Assembly (NCBI RefSeq): GCF_004010195.1
Contig: NC_057716.1
Location: 19,011,429 to 19,075,428, forward strand
Direction of reading: 5' to 3'
DNA: 64,000 bases
Source: Chiloscyllium plagiosum
Lineage: Eukaryota
This document shows, one piece after another, positions 25,566 to 37,765 of the stretch. The notes under the pieces were generated by a model. That model did not search any database and was not told where the DNA came from. It saw nothing but the letters and a program-made list of their open reading frames with translations. The first letter of the stretch is position 1. Every line of letters begins with the position of its first letter. The translations under genes and the position numbers were made by a program.

Positions 25566-26645
25566 TTTGCAAATGTATTCCAAGTTAGGTGTATCGATGT
25601 AAAGGGATGGTTGCAAATTAGAATTGGACAGTGAGGCTCGCCTGCCTTTTGTCTCCTGGAATTGCAACCAAAGGCTCACATATAAACTGAAACAAATGTG
25701 AGCAAATGAAGTTGGGGGTTTGGTTACTTTAAACTTCTGTGTGCTATTTATCTATTTGACAGGGTATGATCATAGCATTGTCATGCCCTGAGCTGGATTG
25801 CCCACAGCTTTTGATTTGTTGTCCCAAAAGGGAACAGGAAAGTCCTAATCACAACATGATTTCAGCTTCTATTTCCTAATGTTAATTTTTGGGAGGGATG
25901 AGGGAGGAGACAATAAGCTGTTTATAAATCTTTCCAAGGAGCTACCATTTGCTTTTCCTAAATTAGCCATTAATCTGACAAGGATTCTAATGGATAGGTG
26001 CAAGCCAAAATATTAACCATCTCTTTGGGATGTTGACAAATTTGTTTTTATTTGAGACCTCCAGCATTCATTTTTTCAAATACATATCTCTGCTTGTTTT
26101 AATTGTTAGAAGGCTGAAAGCAAGGCAGGTACTTGATAGTGACCTTTGACTTATTATTGGGTGGGAATATGTGTTGACAAAGCAGTGTTCTCGGTATCCT
26201 GATCTCTTGTTCTCCTTCCTATAATGATGAGATTGATACAGCTTTGCAAGCCCATTATAGCTACAGCAGCTACCATACATTCTGAGAGACTACTGGCACT
26301 CTGGAGAATTCTAGCAGCAACTAAATAGAATGCATCTTGAAAGATTGTCTCTGATATTCTCACATCTACTGGAAATGTGCAGTGGTACCTTGGATTAATG
26401 TCGTCTCTTGTGTCTCTTCCTTTAATAAATTTTTAGGAGCATTCATATAATTTATTAATCATCAAAACTACTGAAGTCTTTGTTAATATGATCTTAATAG
26501 AAGTTTGATAATAAGTTTGCAGTTCAGACCGATCTGGTGATGTAATTTAGAAAGATAGATTGGGTTGCATTTTTCTAGGTGAATATAAGTTACTTTAGTT
26601 CTGGTGCTGTGTGGTGTAAACATTGAAATATAATTTTTCTGGCAG

Positions 26646-26747
26646 CGTTGTCAGCTAAAAGCACTTCTGCATGTTGTGAAAGTTATTTATTGAAGCACTT
26701 CAACTCTCAATGGTTTCTCAGCAGTTTTAATTTTCTCTTCCAATGCG
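26646..26747 (+). other. Candidate non-coding exon of the host gene
   Basis: Acceptor aatttttctggcag| and donor GCG|gtaatt inside a long repeat-free block (about 25.6-27.4 kb). No long ORF. Confidence 0.3.
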
Positions 26748-27459
26748 GTAATTCTCTTGAACTGCCTGCTAAGGTTTGATCCCTGTATTCAGCAGTTTGG
26801 TGAGATGTATCTGCTGCCTAACATTGGCTGCTGTCTTTCTTTGCAGTATGAAGTATTGATTAGCCATGTTAAATTGGATAGCATGTCTGCTTGCTGCAGC
26901 TCCTCCCTTCTGATAGAGTACATATCCTTAATCTTCTATGTATATTCAGTACTAAATTATGCATTGCTGGGTATATTGAACTCTTTAGGACATTTCTTGA
27001 ACTTGATGACTCAATTTCTTCCAGTATTTCTCACCCCAGATAACTCTGTACCATCAAGGTAATTTTATAGCCACATGCTCCTGTAGTTGCATAAACAGTT
27101 CTGCAGTCCTGTCTGGGCTTTCAGAGCAATTGGCACTGGCATTTTCTTAATTGTGAGACATAGTCTTTGACACCTGGAGCCGCAAAAAGAACAAATGTTC
27201 ACGTGTTGTATTTGTTGCCTCCATGACATGAAAAATATATTGCTGATGGGTAATTAATCACAGCTGCTGAATAGCTTAGAGCAGGAAATGTAGTTGCTTA
27301 TGCCTTCACATCAGTCTTCAAATGACCATTAATGACAGTGATAATGCCTCTGAAAGTCAGAGGTCTATTCTAGTTGCACTTCAATCCCACCTTGTCTCCT
27401 TTATATGCTGTGCCAGCTTAGAATAAATGCAGCATGCAGTGGCATTATCTGCAATTAGT

Positions 27460-27603
27460 CATAGAGATGTACGGCATGAAAACAGACTTTTTTCAGTCCA
27501 TCTCATTCATGCTGACCAGATATCCCAACCCAATCTAGTCCCACCTACAGCCTCCGCCCATATCTCTCCTAACCCTTCCTATTCATATACCCATCCAGAT
27601 GCC
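27460..27603 (-). mobile_element. HER1/CR1-type LINE 3' end; an upstream RT piece resumes at about 31850-31995 beyond the L1
   Basis: tcatagagatgtacggcatgaaaacagac tail, similar to 47020-47335. The reverse complement of 31900-31950 encodes the CR1 RT motif MDFSNAFDKVPH. Confidence 0.6.
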
Positions 27604-27605
27604 AT

Positions 27606-30600
27606 GTTTTTTGTAAATATATTGATTAGCAGGAAAAAAATGTTTGCCTTTAAAAAATATAAAGTTATTGAAAATATAACAAATGCCAGTATAATAAAGA
27701 AAAACGCAAATTACAATACAACTACTGTCTACTCACTACTAACCTACCCTAAATTACAAAACACAACCTAACACTGTGCAAAACACCACCAATAAATAAG
27801 TAAGTGACTAATAAAACAAAAAAACACTCAAAAACACAATATAGCAATGCTTGGCGCAAAGCTCCCTGTATTAACTCTGGAGATCCCCCCCCTCCCTGGC
27901 CCAGGGCTCCGCAAACCTAACAGTTATGGTTAAACAAACACCATAATTAAAATAAAAGACAGATCTGTGTCCAAATAATTCAAAAAGGGCTGCCATGTCT
28001 TATAAAAAGGTCTGTTGTGTAGTGCACCATATTTGTGAAAAAATCCAAGGGATTGTGCTCCATAATTAATTTCCGCCATCCCAGCAAGCCCAGTGGATTC
28101 TCAGACACCCAATTCATCAGAATATTCTTCCATGCACAATAAGTAAGAATATTGAGTAATTTCTTCCCATGCCTGTCTAAAGATAAATTTGGTAGACCTA
28201 TGAGGAGAAATATTAGGTCTACTTTTAACTTTGGTCCTCAATACCGTCCCTATCTCTCCTGCCACAGCACTCCAATAAACACTGAGCCTGTGACATGTCC
28301 AGAAGCAATGGGTAAGAGTACCTACACTTATTTTACATTTGGGGCACACTGAAGATGCCCGTTTTTAAACTTCGCCACATTGTCCAGTACCAGATGAACC
28401 CTATGCATAACTTCTAACTGCATAGCGCATGTCCTATTACAGATTGAGATCTTTTGCACATTCTCCCATATGTCCTCCCATGTTTCAGAAGAGATCTCCA
28501 CTTGGAGCTTTTGCTCCCAGACCTCACATAACCAGTTAATATCCTGCCACCCAGGAGGCGATAGAGGGCACTAACCAAGAGGGTGCTTGTGGAAGGTAGC
28601 AACAACCTCTCGGTATCAGGCTTATAGGGCTTGGTGAGAAGTGTCGTCATCTTCTGGATGAAATCCCTAACCTGAAAAAACCAGAAAAGGTCTCTGCTAG
28701 ACAACCCATATTTGCAGTTCTATTGCTCAAAAGACATAACCTCCCCGTCAAACAAGTCTCCCAAACTGGAGAGTCCTCTTGCTGCCCATAGTTTGAACCC
28801 TGAGTCCATCGTCCCTGGTCGGAACCTTGGCATACCATCTATGGGAGTAAGTGACGAAGTCTTGGATAAGCATCCCTCACTGACGCATTGTCCTCCATGC
28901 CTTGACCATACTAATTATCATGGGGTTCTGGTGGTGGTCCATAACTGTCCTCATCTTATCCGTGAACAACACATTACTAAGAGGACACTTTGCCTGGGAG
29001 GCCTTGATATCTGCCATATTGAGCCGGATTGTTACTTGCCCAATCGCGCGCACAGGCCAGCAGGGAACTTAATTGATACCTCCTGATGTCTGGGAAATCA
29101 ACTCCTCCCCATTCTTGAGGCAACGGCAATTTAGTAATTTTGATGAGGGGCCGTCATGATGCCAGACAAAGGAACCAAACCACCCCATAAGTGTCCGCAG
29201 CGTTGACCTGGGAAACATTATAGGGAGCATATGCATGGGATAAAGCAAATGAGGAAGGACATTAATCTTAATGAGGGCTATTCAGCCCAACTACGAAATT
29301 GGAAGAGCTTCCCATCTCTGAAGATCCCGCCTAATATTGTCAAGCAAGTGAGCAAAATTAGTCTGAAATAACCGATCAAACACAGGGGTAATAAAAATGC
29401 CTAGGTATCGGAACCCCACCTGTGACCACTTAAAAGGCTACCTTCAACCTCTGGCACTTCCTTGATGTTCCCCAAAGGCATAGCCTCCGATTTTGCAAAG
29501 TTGATCCTTATATCCTGAAAAAGCCCCAACTGAATTAATACGTTATATCAAATGGGGTACGGAGGTCATCTGGCCTTGATTTAAAAACAGAAGGACATCA
29601 TCCGCATACAGTGTACCCTCGATCCCACTTCCGGAATGGTTATGTGAACATTCTGACGAACGGCCTCTGCCAGCGGCTCTTATCACTAACGTAAACAACA
29701 ACGGTGAAAGGGGGCAGCCATGACGACTACCCCTGTCAATCCTGAAGTTCCCAGACTTCAGCCAGTTGGTGAAGACTGTGGTCAGAGGGTGGCAATATAA
29801 AACGTCCACCCAACAAGCAAAGACCCACCCAACCCAAACCGCTCTAAGACGTAAAAGAGATGAGGCCAATCCACCTGGTTAAATGCTTTCTCTGCATCTA
29901 AGGAAATCACCAACACCTGAATCTGACATACTTGGATCATATTCAGCAACTTTCTAATATTATTAAAAGACCTACGGCCATTTATAAAACCAATTTAATC
30001 CTCTTTAGCAACATGAGGCAACGCCTTTTCCAATCTCAGCACCAAGATCTTAGACAAAATCTTGAAATCTGAATTTAATAGAGAGATGGGCTTGTATGAG
30101 GCACGATCCTCAGGAACCTTCCCCTTCTTAAGAATTAAGGAAATATTAGCTTCTCTCAAAGATGGTGGTAAGCATATAGGAGTGATTTGTCAATCTCCAA
30201 CATCGGCCCTAACAGAATCCCTATAAACGCTTTCCCACTCTGAAGTTGCCGAGCTGCCTCCTGTATTTCCTGAACTGTCAAACGGGCATTAAGGAGAGAG
30301 GTCTGTTCCAAGGTTACTCCTGGAAGGTCCAGGTTCTTAAAAAAAAATCTCCATTTTAGCCATCCTGTCTTCGCAACCTTTAGATCGATACAATTAAGAG
30401 TAAAAACTCCAAAACGTCTCATTAATCCATTTGGCATTGTATGTAAGGACCCTGCGCTGTCTCTAATGGCAGTAATGGATTAGGAAGCACGCTTTTTCCT
30501 CATCAGATACGCTAAATATTTCCCTGGCCTGTCCCCATACTTGAACAGCCTTTGTCTCGCAAAAGCAAGTTCTTCCTTTTGCAGTTTGTGTAAGTATTGA

Positions 30601-31850
30601 ATTCGAGGCAGCCTAGAGGGCCGTGATCCACTGTAGCTTGGTCACCGAAGGCAGCGCAAAATGTGCCGACTCGGCAGCTTTCACCCGCGTTTCAAATAGA
30701 CGCTGCTGTTCCCCCTTCTGTTGTTTCCGGCTAGGAAACAACAGAAATAGCTAATCCCCTAGCAAAGGTCTCCCATAGCATAGACTGACTACTAGCCATG
30801 CCTGAGTTGATAGTCAAGAACCCCTGAAACTCCTTCAAAACATATTCCACAATTTGGAATCCTTAAGGAGAAAAGGATCCAGACGCCAGCGCCGCAAACC
30901 TAGCCCCTCACTCTTGGCCTTAATCTCCAAATATACCGCTGCGTGATCAGAGATAGCTATGTTCCCAGTTTTTCAACCCATGATCAAATGCAGAAGGATT
31001 GAGAGAGTCAGAAAAAGATTAATACCTATGTGACATTTATGTGGATTTGGAAAAAAAGGTGAAGTCTCTGCTGGGAAGGTGAAGACATCTCCAGATATCC
31101 ACCAGCCCCAACTCCTCGCATAAGTCAGTCACCTGCTTGGCCTGCGAAGACATAGTTGGGAGCCCACTAGGCATCCTGACCATGTCTGATCCAAAAGACA
31201 ATTAAAATCCCCCCCGCCCCCCTCAATAATAATGCAGCAGAGGACAATACACATTTAAAATACCATAGTCCTCCCCATGTATCAGGGCCTTAAGTATCAC
31301 AAACTGCCCTTGCTCATCTTTCACCTGCTCCAATAACGTGAACGGAAGATTTTTCTGCATAAGTACTGCAACTCCCCTACTTTTTAGTTGTAAAGGATGA
31401 AGCAAATTCCCGATCATAACCCCCGCTATTGTAGCTTCAGGTGTTCCCCAGCATCAAGATGGGTTTCCTGCAACAGAGCGATATCACCCTCTTAAGGTTA
31501 AAAAGCACTTTTTTCCTTTTAACAGGGGAATGACTTCCCTTGGTGTTCCGGCTGCACCATTTAACAAGATACTTAGCCATATCTCCTTTCAGAGACCCTT
31601 GAGCCCCCAGGAGGGAGAACCCTGCTTACAATGCACCAGGCACAAGTAAATAAAGACTCAAAAAGTTGCAGAATTGTGTATACGAAAACTACTCTACCAT
31701 AATTAAAAACAACTATTGCTATCAAAAAACAACAAAGAAAACCAACTACAAATGGAAGACTCATTCTCTCTCTCCTTTCCCCCCCAGCCGCCTCCCATAG
31801 GGAGCACTTACCCTACCCATCCCCTCCACGTTCTACCTCTGAGCCAGTTC
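27606..31850 (-). mobile_element. L1-clade LINE, 5'-truncated (no ORF1), with disrupted ORF2 at about 27931-31580
   Basis: APE endonuclease (DIALLQETHL, KSRGVAVL, DEQGQFVILK, ILNVYCP), RT (GSRHGCPLSPLLF, LYADDVLLFL), C-terminal CCHC knuckle (CPKC...TLTHCFWTC), long 3' UTR and short poly(A). Many frameshifts and stops. Confidence 0.9.
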
Positions 31851-32399
31851 TGTATCCAAATGGCTAGTTCTCCCTGTATTCCATGAGATCTAACCTTGCT
31901 AACCAGTTTCCCATGGGGAACCTTGTCAAACGCATTACTAAAGTCCATATACCTCTGCCCTCATCAATCCTCTTTATTACTTCTTCAAAAAAGTTCAAGT
32001 ATGGTTCCAGATACCAAAGTTGGGGAATGCCATTACTTTAAATAAACTGTTTGTTAAATCAAGACTTTGTGTAATAAGCTTGCCTACGATGACAGTAACA
32101 CCTTTTAGAAAAATCCCTATGAAACGCCAGGAAAACAAACCATTCAGGGCTTGTATCTTTGTTGCGGAAATGGCAGTCTGTCCCTTTTAGTTTCGAAGCC
32201 TCTTCAACAATCAAACCTATACCTGTGACCCTCTTCGCAGCCAGCATTGCCATGCATTGTGGATTTGCTTACACTGCTCTTGCCAATAGGTGTCATCAAC
32301 TGCACTTAATTTTCAACACTGTAAATGTGATGATTATCATTGCTTCTGGAGTAGTGTGTGGTTTTGGAAAAAGGAGTGAGGTCCAGTACTGCTTTTAAT

Positions 32400-33185
32400 A
32401 TGATGGGTGTTGGACTTGTGATTTCTGACTTAGCTTTTAGAGCACTGCTCCTTCGTCAGGTAGCTAATGGGGCAGGTACACATGACACAGAATTTATAGT
32501 AAAAGATCAAAGTGTCATACAACTGATGCGATGTATTAGACAAACTTGGATGGCTGTTAAATCTTTAATCACTTAGAATGGGGATGCAGATTTCAATTGA
32601 TCAATCTTTAAAGTTTCTTTCAAGTCACAGCCCTGAGATAGCTTCAGGTTTTATCAGGTGGATATAAAAAAAAAGTTACATCTCAGCTCAGACAGTGAGT
32701 GAGAGGTGTGAGGTTAGACTCTATCTGTATTCCAACCAGGAGTCAGACTGGTTTTGAGAATAGATTCTTACAGTGTGGAAATAGACCCTTCGGCCCAACA
32801 AGTCCACACCGACCCTCCGAAGAGTAACCCATCCAGGCCCATTTCCCTCTGACTAATGCACCTAACGCTATGGGCAATTTAACATGACCAATTCACCAGA
32901 CCCACACTTCTTTGGACTGGGAGGAAAGTAGGAATTTACTTAAAAGAAATTCTGGGATTTACATGTTAATCAGTCGAAATCTACAGCCCCATTCTAAGTG
33001 ACGGAAGACATAACAGCCTTCTAGCTTTGTCTAATATATCACGTCAGTTGTATGACACTTTGATCTTATAAATTCTTGTGTCCTGTGTACCTGCCCCACT
33101 AGCTATCTGATGAAGAGTGGCATTCTGAAAGCTTGTACTTTCAAATAAACCTGTTGGACTATAACCTGATGTTGTGTGATTTCTG
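32400..33185. mobile_element. Family A fold-back element with nested HE1 SINE fragment
   Basis: Left arm tagcttttagagcactgctccttcgtcaggtagct and right arm agctatctgatgaagagtggcattctgaaagct...aaataaacctgttggactataacctg. Degenerate flanking repeat ctg(c/t)ttttaatatg(a/g)tg. Confidence 0.8.
32757..32925 (-). mobile_element. HE1-type SINE 3' fragment
   Basis: tagattcttacagtgtggaaatagacccttcggcccaacaagtccacaccgaccctccgaag is the reverse complement of the HE1 tail. Confidence 0.85.
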
Positions 33186-33576
33186 TTTTTAATATGGTGC
33201 GGCCTTATGTGCTGGTTGGCTGGCAGAGACTAAAGATTTTAAAAGAGAGGAATGAAGGATGGAATAAAGTGGAGATTTTTGGAAAGTGCCAGAGGAAATA
33301 GAAGCAGAAACCAAAAGTGGTTTGGTGATCTAGCTGCATCCCTATTTTAGTCGGGGAAGTGGAAAGTATAACCACCTAGAGGCATCAGGTGAGGCAGGGT
33401 AGTGCCACTTGAGGGTCAACTTTCTGTCAAAACTATAATGCCAATACACTACCTCACAAGGTAAATGATGGAAAAGGTCTTTTGCATGTACATTCAGAAA
33501 ATAGGGAGAGGGGTAATGATGGACAGAGTAAATAGATATAGAAGAGGTTTTTAAGGTTAGGCCCTAGTAGACATAA

Positions 33577-33793
33577 TCTGTAAAAGGGTCGAAAAATGTG
33601 GCGCTGAAAAATCGCAGCAGGTCAGGCAGCATCCGAGAAGCAGGAGAGTCAACATTTTAGGCATGAAACACAAAATGGCAACTCTCCTGCTCCTCTGATA
33701 CTGCCTGACTTGCTGTGCTTTTCCAGTGCCGCGCTTTGCGACTCTGATACTCCACCATCTGCAGTCCTCACTTTCTCACGGTCTGTAAAAGGG
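33577..33793. mobile_element. Family B mini fold-back element with 12-bp TSD
   Basis: TSD tctgtaaaaggg at 33577-33588 and 33782-33793. The arms meet in the remnant of hammerhead helix II. Confidence 0.85.
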
Positions 33794-34808
33794 GCAGAGG
33801 GAGAAGTAATGGGCATTTAGGGTTGCAGTAAGTGCTTTCGTGAGCCCTTCGGAAAATACTTTGAGAGTACGCCATGAATGAAGGTCCAGAATCCCATAGA
33901 GTGGGCAACATTTGGGTGGGGCAAGGATATGAATGAAGGATGTGTGGTTTATAATTAGCCTTTGAGACATGGTCTGTATTCTGACTTGCATAATAAATTA
34001 TTTATATCTAATTTCAGAGCTGCAAACAATTCAGAACACAGAATAAGGTTTTTTTTGCATAGTTGGATAGACCTAATTATGGCAATATCAATTGTACTCC
34101 CTGTGTAATGGCTGACCCTAACTATCTGAAGTCTACATGTGTTAGTTGTTATTTATAGGTCCTGTTCGGGTTTGTTTAACTAATTGACAAGGGCAAAATA
34201 TTGCATGACAAATCAAATAATGTAAGCAAAATCTGAACTGCTTGACCTGGAAATTCTTCGCATACTTGACCTGGGAAATTGTTGTTAAATTCTAACCTGG
34301 GGACAAAAGTACTGATTTAAGGCCTTGGGTAAATGACTAAATGATGCAGATCGATCTGTGAAAAATTATTCCTACAAAAATTAAATAGAATAAATAATCA
34401 GCAGTTTGGAAAAATATACTGTTGACAGATTGAGAGGTAGATTTGAGATTCCAATAAGGTTAGTATGCAGGAAGAGGTTAGAAGATAATCCAATTGCACT
34501 TCAGTGGGTATCTTCAGGTGGTTTTATACTAATGCCTGCTGCCGGGAACTCTGTGTTATAAGACGTCTGTTGCTAGCATGGTTATTATCAAGAGGGGGAC
34601 CTCTCTTCGATGTCCGACATCCTGTCTTTTCCTGGATTCCAGCCGCAGCAGTAGATTGTATTCACCATCTATGTGTAACTTTGTGGTTAAGGTTAGGTTT
34701 CAGACCTATTCCCCACTTGACCATTATCATCTAGCTGGGGATCAACCATTTTTCAATTAAAAGTACAGGAGGGCATGTCAGGTGCAGAATCAAACATATG
34801 CCATAATT

Positions 34809-35175
34809 GGGAAAGTGAGGACTGCAGATGCTGGAGATCAGAGTTGCAAAGTGTGGCACTGGAAAAACACAGCCAGTCAGGCAGCACCCAAGGAGCAGGA
34901 GCGTTGCCGTTTCGGGTTTCATGCCTGAAACGTTGACATGGCAGCATCCGAGGAGCAGGAGAATCGATGTTTCGAGCATAAGCACTTCTTCAGGAATGAG
35001 GCTTGTGGGCCAAGGGGGCAGAGAGATAAATGGGAGGAGGGTTTGGCTGTGGTGGGAGGGGGGGGTGCAAATTAGCTGAGAATGCGATAGCTAGATGAAG
35101 GTGGGTGAAGGTGATAGGTCGGAGAGGAGGGTAGAGCAGATAGGTGGGAAGGAAGATGGACAGGTAAAGAGGTGT
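34809..35175 (-). mobile_element. Family B PLE 3' end with internal partial duplication
   Basis: ggcagca(c/t)cc(a/g)aggagcaggag occurs twice (about 34880 and 34940), separated by the micro-hairpin cgtttcgggtttcatgcctgaaacg. The hammerhead reverse complement lies at about 34963-34995. Confidence 0.75.
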
Positions 35176-36219
35176 GAGCCTTGTGAAATTACAGCACAGA
35201 ACTGCATATATCCCAAACAGCATAAGCAACATTCGAAACACAGAACTACATGCCACTACAACCAATGGATCAGATCTAAGCTCTACATCTTTGCTACATA
35301 CAGCTATGAATTGTGATGAGCAATTAAACGGGAGGAGGCTCAACAAATGTCCTCCTTGTGTGATGAGGGAACCAGCAGTGAAAAAGGAGAGTCTGAAGCG
35401 CTTCTGCCCATTTTCAACCAGAAGTACCATGTGGACCCATTGTGACACCTTACTAATATCCCCAGCAATTTTTAGCCAGTTCAATTCACTCCATGACACA
35501 TCAAGAAACGACTGGAGGTGCTGGATTCTGCAAAGGCTATGGGTCCTTAAAACATTCCAGTGATAGTACTTTAGGCTTTATGCTTCAAAACTAGTCGCTC
35601 CCCTGGCCAAGCTGCTATAGCTACAGTACTGGGCATCTACCTGAGAATGCAGAGAAATGCTAGGTAATACCCTACACACAGAAAGGAAGGATAAATCAAA
35701 CTTAGCCAATTACTGCCATATCTGTCTGCACTCTTCAGAAAAATAGTGAAGGATATTGTCAACAATGCTATCAAGTGGCACTTGCACACATCCGTCACTA
35801 ACTCAGTTTCGCTGTGGGTTCTGTCAAGATCACTTGGTTTCTGACCTAATGACAGCTTTGATTTAGAAATTGATAGAAGGACTGAACTCAAAAAATGAAG
35901 TGAGACGGAACTTGACTCTAAGGAGCCCTAGCAAAACCAAAGTTATTGGGCATTTAGGGGCATGTGGCTCTCCAGTAGTTGCAATCCTATTTAGCACATA
36001 GGAAGATTAGCAGTGGTTGTTGGAGGGCAGTCGTAAGTATCAAAGCATTGCTGAAGGAGTTCTTCAGAGTAATGACCATGGCCCAAATATCTTCAGCTGC
36101 TTCATCTGCCTCTTAGTCTTAGTGCAATCATCAGGAAACAACCCCTATGGTCAGCACGACTTGCAACTTGTCAGATAGCAAAGCATGTTTGTATGTGGGA
36201 AGTCCTGGACAATGTCCAG

Positions 36220-36472
36220 GCATTGGTTGCTAAATGGAGAAAGTGAGGTCTGCAGATGCTGGAGATCAGAGCTGAAAATGTGTTGCTGGAAAAGCGCAGC
36301 AGGTCAGGCAGCATCCAGGGAACAGGAGAATCGACGTTTCGGGCATAAGCCCTTCAGCCCTCATTCCTGAAGAAGGGCTTGTGCCCGAAACGTTGATTCT
36401 CCTGTTCCCTGGATGCTGCCTGACCTGCTGTGCTTTTCCAGCAACACATTTTCAGCATTGGCTGCTAAATGG
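36220..36472. mobile_element. Family B mini fold-back element, young, with 18-bp TSD
   Basis: TSD gcattgg(t/c)tgctaaatgg at 36220-36237 and 36455-36472. Arms of about 85 bp are near-perfect inverted copies. Confidence 0.9.
36364..36397 (+). ncRNA. Minimal type-I hammerhead ribozyme motif (family B), core intact
   Basis: TTC-CTGAAGA-A-GGGC-TTGT-GCCC-GAAA-CGTT-GA, with ACGT palindrome and GUU triplet. Confidence 0.72.
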
Positions 36473-36602
36473 CAAGTAACATAGTTCTTGCAAGTGACTA
36501 TCTCCGGAAAGAATTGGTCCAACCATCTGTTTTGACATTCCATCACTGAATAATCTATTACTAACATTGTGAGAGTTCCCTATGACCAACCACAAACAGA
36601 CT

Positions 36603-36715
36603 ATAGATAAACAGGAGGCTAGAAGATCACAACAAGCCTGGCAGCATCAGGAGGTGGAGAAGCCAATGTTTCAGGTGTCAACCCTTCTTCAGGGTTAATG
36701 CATTGACCTCTCCAA
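36603..36715 (-). mobile_element. Family E PLE terminus
   Basis: The reverse complement reads CCCTGAAGAAGGGTTGACACCTGAAACATTGGCTTCTCCACCTCCTGATGCTGCC, matching 17011-17100 and 43651-43741. Confidence 0.7.
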
Positions 36716-37029
36716 ACCATCCTGACTTAAAACTGTATTGCTGTTCCTTAGCTGTCAACGGTTTTACTCCTGAAACTTTCTCCCTAACAGCAGTGGGTGT
36801 ACCTACATCATTTTAACTTCAGTGGTTTGCAGGATGGTTCATGGTGAATAATGCTGGTCTAGCCACTGCCACCCACTTCTGTGATGGAACAAAAATAGGT
36901 ATGGCTCTTCCTTCTTCTGAGACCTGACAAGCTCAGTCATCCCTGTTCATATATTACACGAGGAGGTTTGCATTACCTATTATTTTTAAGAGTCAAAGCA
37001 ATTGAGACAAAATGTTTGAGACTCTGCTA

Positions 37030-37765
37030 CCAATGTCAGGAAATCCAAGGAAGTGGTCATTGACTTCAGGAAAAAGAGTAGATGACATACCCCTGTCTGT
37101 ATCAGTGGTGCTGAGGTGGAGATGATTTGAGATGTTCAAGTTCCTAAGAGGTGGATATCACCTACAATCTGTCTTAGTTCTTCCATGTTGATCCCACAGT
37201 CAAGAAAGCACACACATGCCTTACTTCCTCAGAAGGCTAAGGAAATTCAGCATGTCCACAATGACTCTTACCAATTTATATTGATGCACCATAGAAGCCA
37301 TCCTATCCGGATACATCACAGCTTGGTAATGCAATTGCTCTGCCCAAGACCACAAGAAAGTGAGTTGTGAACCCAGCCCAGTCCATCACAAACCAGCCTC
37401 CCTTCCATGGGCTCTGTCTGTACTTCCTGCTGCTTCAGGAAAGCAGCTAACGTAATCAAAGACACCTCCCATTCCAGTTATACTCTCTTCCATCCTCTTT
37501 CATCAGGTAGAAGATTCAAGAGTTTGAAAACATGTACCAACAGATTTAAGAACAGCTTCTTTTCTGCTGTTATCAGAATTTTGAATGGACCTCATGTATT
37601 AAAGTTGATCTTTCTCTACGTCTTATCTGTAGCTGTAACACTATATTCTATATTTTGTTCTATTTCCCTGATCTACTTACGTAAGGTTCTGTTTTGCCTG
37701 GATAGCATGGAAAACAGTACTTCTCACTGTATTTTTGGTACGTGACAATAATAAATCAAATCAAG
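37030..37765 (+). mobile_element. Rex1/Babar-clade LINE 3' part
   Basis: KSKEVVIDFRK..HTPVCISGAEVE, FLRRLRKF and TLFHPLSSGRRFKSLKTCTNRFKNSFF motifs, plus an aataaatcaaatcaa tail. Confidence 0.8.

Larger units (their letters stand above)
35176..36890 (+). mobile_element. Decayed CR1/L2-type LINE ORF2 3' part with nested PLE hairpins
   Basis: RT remnants (PLAKLL, ggagttcttcagagt...ggcccaa) and the shared tail aataatgctggtctagccactgccaccca. Confidence 0.65.
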
